A DNA stretch of 63,246 nt, the filler included. It is 4 parts of 4 records of this genome, joined end to end, with 100 filler letters (N's around TTAATTAATTAA, not from the genome) between each part and the next. Parts side by side here need not be neighbours in the genome. Positions count along the whole stretch, not along the records: positions 51,792 to 63,246 come from SRR31156797_4939; 3 more parts are not named here. The stretch is one strand, 5' to 3'. The number at the start of each line of letters is the position of its first letter. Positions within the stretch are counted from its first letter, which is position 1. Position numbers and translations under genes: made by a program. Shown piece by piece: positions 59,901 through 63,246 of this stretch. Under the pieces are notes generated by a model that was not told the DNA's origin, searched no databases, and was given only the letters and a program-made list of their open reading frames with translations.

Positions 59901-61887
59901 CCACCACCTGGGACGAGCTGCCTCCACCACCGCCAATGCCACCGGTGCCGCCGCCACTGCCGGAATACCATCCGCCGCCACTGCAACCATAGCTGACCGT
60001 ACCCGGGGTTGAATCGACCGGAACAGGCTGGCTGATGGTCACCGGGAATTGACCAATGGTAAGAACAATGGTGAACATGGAGACATTAAAATTGGAGGGA
60101 TCGTCCAGCTGAATCACATTATTTGCAACCAGGGTTTCAATCTCTTCAACTGTCAGGGGCCGGGAAGATGCTTCGGCAATGACGATTTCCGAAGGGTCTA
60201 TGTGAACCACCTGGACGGGTTCAGCCGATGCCGTGGGCCGTGGTGCCGGGGCTTGATCGTCAAAGGCTGTGGCAACAAGCGTGTTCTGGGTGTTTCGGCG
60301 CAGGGTTACATCCACACAAAAAGTTGTTGTGGACTCGTCCAGGGTGACGGAAACAGGAATTGCTCCGCCATCGATGACCACCGTGGTATTTTCCCGGGAG
60401 GTTCCGCATACCTGTATGGTTCCAAAAACACTGACAGGTGCCAGCGGGTCCAGCACGGGTGCAGGAAATACCGAAGTGTTCTTTGTGGTGGGAGTTCCCT
60501 TAAAATCTGGGAGTGAATCGCCGTTTTTAACATAGCTCACGAGAACATCAATAAACCCGTCAGCAAGACCACAGGTGTCAATGGAAAGAGTTGATGTCCC
60601 GCCCCCTTGCGGGGGAGGGGTCTGGCTTGAAACAACCGAATTCCCCTGCTGGTCAAGGAGAAGGATTTCGTAAGAATCCGATGATGATGCATCCGTTCCA
60701 AAAAGAACCTGCACATCTATTGAACCGCAGTTGCCCGCAGTTACAGGGCCATCTGCCACAGCAGACAATACCGGATTATTTGGCGGCGGGACAAAGGGTT
60801 CTACAGCATCACCGGCCAGTCTGACATTTAGTGCAGGCTCATCCGGGTCATCACTTGCCAGTGTTAGATTTCCTTCAACAGTGGTACCGCCGCTGCCTGA
60901 TGCCGGTGTGAAATTGAGATAAACGTTTCGCGATTCGCCGGGATCAAGGGTAAACGGGAGATTATTGGCAGGCGGCCCGGGAAGTGAAAAATCAGTATGG
61001 TCAATGGATGCACTGTTCACAACGATGGAACCAGCGCCTAACGGGGCTGAATTGGAAACGGTCACTGTTTTTGTTACTGTATTTTCTTCTTCCACAGCCC
61101 CAAATTCTATGCTGTCAGGACCGGATATGTCACCCGGTGTTACAGGGGCAACGGCGCTGCAGGTGACCGGAATAATCATTGGCGGTCCTGCATTGTTTAA
61201 AATGGTGATATTTCCTGAATGAATTCCTTCTGTAAATGGCGCACACCCGATGGAAACCTGTCTTGCAGCTCCACCGTCATCAATGGAAAAGATAGTTGGA
61301 GGAAACAGGGTGAAAACAGAGTTGTCAGTTTGGACACCTGTGATATCAAGGGATGCACCACCTGTTTCATTGATGATTAATTCACCGGTGGTTGAAGATC
61401 CAACGAGGACCTCGCCCAGATTCAGAGTTGCCGGAGTCACCTGAATTTCCGGCCGAGACACTATGGACGGATTGTACTCCAATCGCACTGTATAGATAAG
61501 ACGCCCCCTTCCTCCATCAAAGACAAGGCCAAGAGAGAAGGTCTCGCTGGCAGAAAAAACAGCTTCTTCTCCTGTGACAAGATTGAAAAAAGGTTCTCCT
61601 CCGCTGGTGGTTCCGTCCGGGTTGTGCACGTTCTTTGTACTTGATTCCACAATCAGACGAAATTCGCCGGCAATATCCGATTCTGAGATATTTACAGCAG
61701 TCACAGTTGAGACATAGCTTTTTGTAACTCGATTGTATTGAGCTCTGCTCTGGGAAACTTCAATATCCCCGGGGGAGACAGTCTCCCAGCCCAAGGATTG
61801 ACAAGGCTGTAACCAACCTGAAATTAACAAAGAAAGGAATGCAATACCTATAAAATGCTGCCGTTTTAGAATTCCCCTAATTCCCAT
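53983..61887 (-). CDS. Giant (~2634 aa) secreted Ig-repeat surface protein/adhesin with ASH/choice-of-anchor-D-like, Big_5-like, IPT/TIG, discoidin-like and thrombospondin-C-like domains
   Basis: AAGGAGG RBS before ATG 61887; signal peptide; repeated P.DG..DV.LDA...V.FSE and DLAGNG....F...FTT units; DDDWMGFVFGYQ...WKQ...GRFGFFNQSQ. Confidence 0.9.
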   Translation of the reverse strand: MGIRGILKRQHFIGIAFLSLLISGWLQPCQSLGWETVSPGDIEVSQSRAQYNRVTKSYVSTVTAVNISESDIAGEFRLIVESSTKNVHNPDGTTSGGEPFFNLVTGEEAVFSASETFSLGLVFDGGRGRLIYTVRLEYNPSIVSRPEIQVTPATLNLGEVLVGSSTTGELIINETGGASLDITGVQTDNSVFTLFPPTIFSIDDGGAARQVSIGCAPFTEGIHSGNITILNNAGPPMIIPVTCSAVAPVTPGDISGPDSIEFGAVEEENTVTKTVTVSNSAPLGAGSIVVNSASIDHTDFSLPGPPANNLPFTLDPGESRNVYLNFTPASGSGGTTVEGNLTLASDDPDEPALNVRLAGDAVEPFVPPPNNPVLSAVADGPVTAGNCGSIDVQVLFGTDASSSDSYEILLLDQQGNSVVSSQTPPPQGGGTSTLSIDTCGLADGFIDVLVSYVKNGDSLPDFKGTPTTKNTSVFPAPVLDPLAPVSVFGTIQVCGTSRENTTVVIDGGAIPVSVTLDESTTTFCVDVTLRRNTQNTLVATAFDDQAPAPRPTASAEPVQVVHIDPSEIVIAEASSRPLTVEEIETLVANNVIQLDDPSNFNVSMFTIVLTIGQFPVTISQPVPVDSTPGTVSYGCSGGGWYSGSGGGTGGIGGGGGSSSQVVVITPPQGPAIPGVILIDGRIKTLKEFFQVTIAIQNTSDNFAFKDVAADITLPSGLTPLKAGPGTDVSTINTGSAIDHIDLGEIAPLSTGTGQFIIRGDGIGTHNVGVNFSGFIVGGGLPDPYAFDGTVGTTVQVFGPPELDVVVRHPSHAGTHDVVAGEIYTLTVELTNRSPVPALYTSLELMVGGNAELVDADGIPVPDSIEVRDFGHIQPGQTVSAAFLVKASVQGEIIACQAVTSENINLSVDTGPDGTSCNIANSIPVNFEFPEGSAPPTLMAINPLNGQYDIPVTTSVLATLTPPTACLTADTWENITTDYIDPNDHSKGLYIVSADLVTTGTFNLEELDPLGNPVRHIPVHLYLETGVGGDTTTAVLRLGLESPLSQYFLRDNTTYRATLVGGLNGICNESSNIKMENNYSWTFSTQQTCDVTASPVASLANPIDGSDERPLNQVIVIDFTNRMNPGSFAFIPGNFSTSTFGVYQNPTLNGAGNELLTEGSLVPGSGVFRNLNRTLIYTPTIALSENSDIYIRLTNGLSDVCGNPLATGSNGVRLFTFKTILPDITAPAAPVVNPISSLTNASSVQVTGSAEADATIHITGGSSPISQAVSGSGLFTASVPLNSDQAYTFQVKAEDSSGNLSPVTTLDTNGDSLSITRDTSSPSVALSSPADGGVDIPLDAVILVRFSEPVKEETINSLNFILEGSVVDGSFALEGTNGFTFTPDQPLEFGHTYTGKIRANGIRDLAGNGLTADFSFTFTTESAPAPILTGITPASGVQGTSFSVTFTGPSDANLAAVTGVISGNPDISGTLDSVSDSSVTATVQIGSLAATGSTTLGLTSAFGDASLPFIVVQKPPVIDSLTPSSVTQGQTVDVTVQGSGLTGANFGISGTGATLSNLGGGSDTRQNLRFDIAVGADATVRTVTATTPGGSDTATFTVVPLPPPDVTAIVPAGGIPGALVDAQLFGSGLRHITGISIDGQYVSVSLVPGSAVEVVPQSYSFDQGTDCGTYCYHDWSGAQLIDGQYGIMPWHANLGNGNAYEWVGWVHSPVVNIDFDFGSATQVDEIRIGTTQDYPGDVVLPNAYVYSSPNGSTWTPIGSLLVPESTANNDTYRTYAIGGLSANARYYRVSAHFSGNGPWTFIDEVDFYQGGAAAVDNVRDVQFDINVLASPGPRNVTVTTPAGFDTETFTVVEPPTPAVVDPVPTLTNAGAVVVSGTADPNATIRILGGSAVATGGADGTGAFSVTTNLIPNTANSLQVFAGDAYGNEVETTLDNNGDPLTVVQDSTAPQVTLVDPADGETDVALDATVQVDFSEALDPATVISETTFLLEGSVIPGAIVVAPDGMSLEFTPDADLIPAKTYTVRIPTGGITDLAGNGFSGEFTSTFTTVTTTPVDLRVGWAPQGAVGSGAGIWNVSADGTTVTQTQNGNPTFFVSPEAVINRTLTGTFRTTDSDDDWMGFVFGYQAPFSGHGDAANDYEFFLLDWKQKFQNPHPEGFTLSRVTGTGISRHQEEPGQTIIANDLGSTRGWVRNRNYEFRLEYASDAIRIWIIDPLDTRFDEPAEQLIFDVTPEDVFGAGTDRGFVNGRFGFFNQSQRYVTYSGFVQEFQAPPPAPTLTQAQPLGLIAGTSGMVTLFGSDLETAFEVRSTNPDVQARIVGVAADGSDVQVELTVGAGSVLGSTTLEVETFGGTALTSFIIDVPPSLSELDPPDVFEGETVDVTFTGTGLSSAIEVISTNPGIVGTITSATDASVVAQVTILPAATIGSTDLGLRTAVGEASLPFIVNLSGVSVRVAQESGVGVGDFESNVLGFLQPIETADTAVAYFSYGNPERASYNGVFPLPTAEVTSLFFVDAADGLHLFMVHDIANDSTGGSFSAEFDLDGASGAGIVLEDDPGETTDLGSGVFRGNHSWSSCCTDGMVIGPLPGEGWSMTGEALSVPSGINDWKGVSGNGSELNLDFEVGRRIRFDMLVGP

Positions 61888-62314
61888 GACCCCCCTCCTT
61901 TTTACGTTCCTGCGGATATGGAACCGCCGAATAACAATAAGCAGCGCCAAATTTTCAGCCTGAATTTAAATACATTATTTCACTATTTTTCTTTGATGTG
62001 TATAGCTACTGCAATTCTTATGCTGATTTTTTGCAAGTCAGAAGAGGATCATGCCAAATTGAGGAAAAATGACAGAAAAATCAGCCCTGTGAAATTAATT
62101 CCTAAAGAAAACTGCAGATAAAAAAATGCAAATAAATAAAGGATTTTCCTTCTACCCTAAATTGCAATTTCAGGGATTATCAGCCAAATAAAATATATGA
62201 AGCCAGTCTCAAGATTTCGCCATAATAAAAAACTAACAGGTTTATTTCATTCGTTCATGAATGATATGAAACAAAAAGCTTACACCCTATTGTTTTTACA
62301 AAAAATAACCAAGC

Positions 62315-62965
62315 TTAAGATTTGACTAGTTTTTTTTGAAAAAAAAAAAGATAGGACAAATGGCTTTTCTCTGCCATTAAGCCAATAAGAAGACCGATGG
62401 CAACAAGCACCATGGTGCCTGGCTCCGGAACAACGGCTATTTTGATATTATCGATTTTTAGCCAATCATTTGCATTATAATCCTTATCAATAACCATAAA
62501 TTCCAGAAGCAGAGTCCCCCCTGCCAGAGAGGAAATGTCTGTAATTGCTTTGCCGCTGCCGGTGGTCGATTCGAGGTCAACTCCGCTGAAAAGGTCGGCT
62601 GCTAAAATATTATTAGCATAATCGGACCAAAGGCTTGCCTGGGCCTCATCCCCATATAGGGGATCAGTAAAGAACCATTCATAGTCAAAGGAGATGGTCA
62701 GGGCAGAATCGGGGATATCAATTTCCTGGTATAAGGCAGCCCACCAATCCGTGTCGCCATTGGTAATTTTTGCCATGCCGTTATCAATGTTAAAATGAGA
62801 ATCACTATCAGGATCTGCAGGGCCTGTATCAACAAGCTCTCCGCTCCATCCGGAAAAAAAGGGCACTGCAGAAAAATCACCGTTTGTTAAAGGAGTTGCT
62901 GTTGCAGTTCCCCATAAGAAGAAATGAAAAATAAAAGTTACCAGGAAAATACGAATAATTCCCAT
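62315..62965 (-). CDS. PEP-CTERM sorting-domain protein
   Basis: Signal peptide (ATA-TP), NGDFS beta-sandwich start, C-terminal VPEPGTMVLVAIGLLIG; AGGAGG RBS. Confidence 0.9.
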   Translation of the reverse strand: MGIIRIFLVTFIFHFFLWGTATATPLTNGDFSAVPFFSGWSGELVDTGPADPDSDSHFNIDNGMAKITNGDTDWWAALYQEIDIPDSALTISFDYEWFFTDPLYGDEAQASLWSDYANNILAADLFSGVDLESTTGSGKAITDISSLAGGTLLLEFMVIDKDYNANDWLKIDNIKIAVVPEPGTMVLVAIGLLIGLMAEKSHLSYLFFFQKKLVKS

Positions 62966-63088
62966 CAGTGCCTCCTAATATTTAATCTGTTTATTGACGT
63001 TCAACATGCGACAAAACAATATTGGTAATAAAAAAAGAGTGACAAGAGGTTTCAAACATATAACCGCTTTCATCTCGCAACAAAGCAA

Positions 63089-63105
63089 AGTAAATTGGGT
63101 GCCAA
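63089..63105 (-). promoter_or_regulatory. Candidate sigma54 promoter of the PEP-CTERM gene
   Basis: Minus strand TTGGCACCCAATTTACT: perfect -24, variant -12 (AC for GC). Confidence 0.4.
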
Positions 63106-63246
63106 TAAATATTATTTATAGATTGATCTGATTTTAGGAGATATTGGATACATAGGACATGCAATTGTTTTTTGTCAAGAAATATTTGAAAAAAATTTGT
63201 AGTGCTGAAATATTCTCCGAGCCCAACACGGCCACAACATGTTGTG

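Noticed and set aside
401-62880. Numerous short ORFs overlapping larger genes (e.g. 8520-9008, 20194-20805, 25952-26635, 35788-36264)
   Set aside because: Antisense or alternate-frame shadows of well-supported genes, with no independent motifs

Overview
The window is not one locus. It is four unrelated contigs joined by three 100-nt N linkers, each carrying TTAATTAATTAA (13364-13463, 31966-32065, 51692-51791); taxonomic labels below are inferences from gene style and composition. Contig 1 (1-13363, AT-rich, Clostridia-like) is housekeeping: ilvN-ilvC, glpP, a PadR/HAAS pair, ywmB-like/murA, rluB, cyclophilin and apgM. It ends in a tRNA-Pro fragment and probably starts in another tRNA. Contig 2 (13464-31965, Desulfobacterota-like) has a sigma54 activator followed by two saccharopine-dehydrogenase-family genes, a stand-alone lysine-ketoglutarate reductase and an orphan amino-acid ABC ATPase. 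It also carries a PAS-PP2C phosphatase, a cusCBA efflux system and a truncated Fe3+-type ABC ATPase. Contig 3 (32066-51691, very AT-rich anaerobe) is a carbohydrate-utilisation locus (GH38, GH127/146, GH13, SemiSWEET, sugar-binding proteins, four AraC genes) with an embedded corrinoid protein and two URO-D/MtaA-fold methyltransferases, a candidate B12-dependent O-methyl-sugar demethylation system. It also holds a frameshifted amino-acid-SBP/sugar-SBP fusion. Contig 4 (51792-63246, Desulfobacterota-like) has an alanine/glycine symporter, a PEP-CTERM protein and a ~2630-aa mosaic surface protein. The high-GC 3' part of that gene looks grafted in and carries thrombospondin-C-like and discoidin-like domains. 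No CRISPR array, rRNA or transposase was seen.
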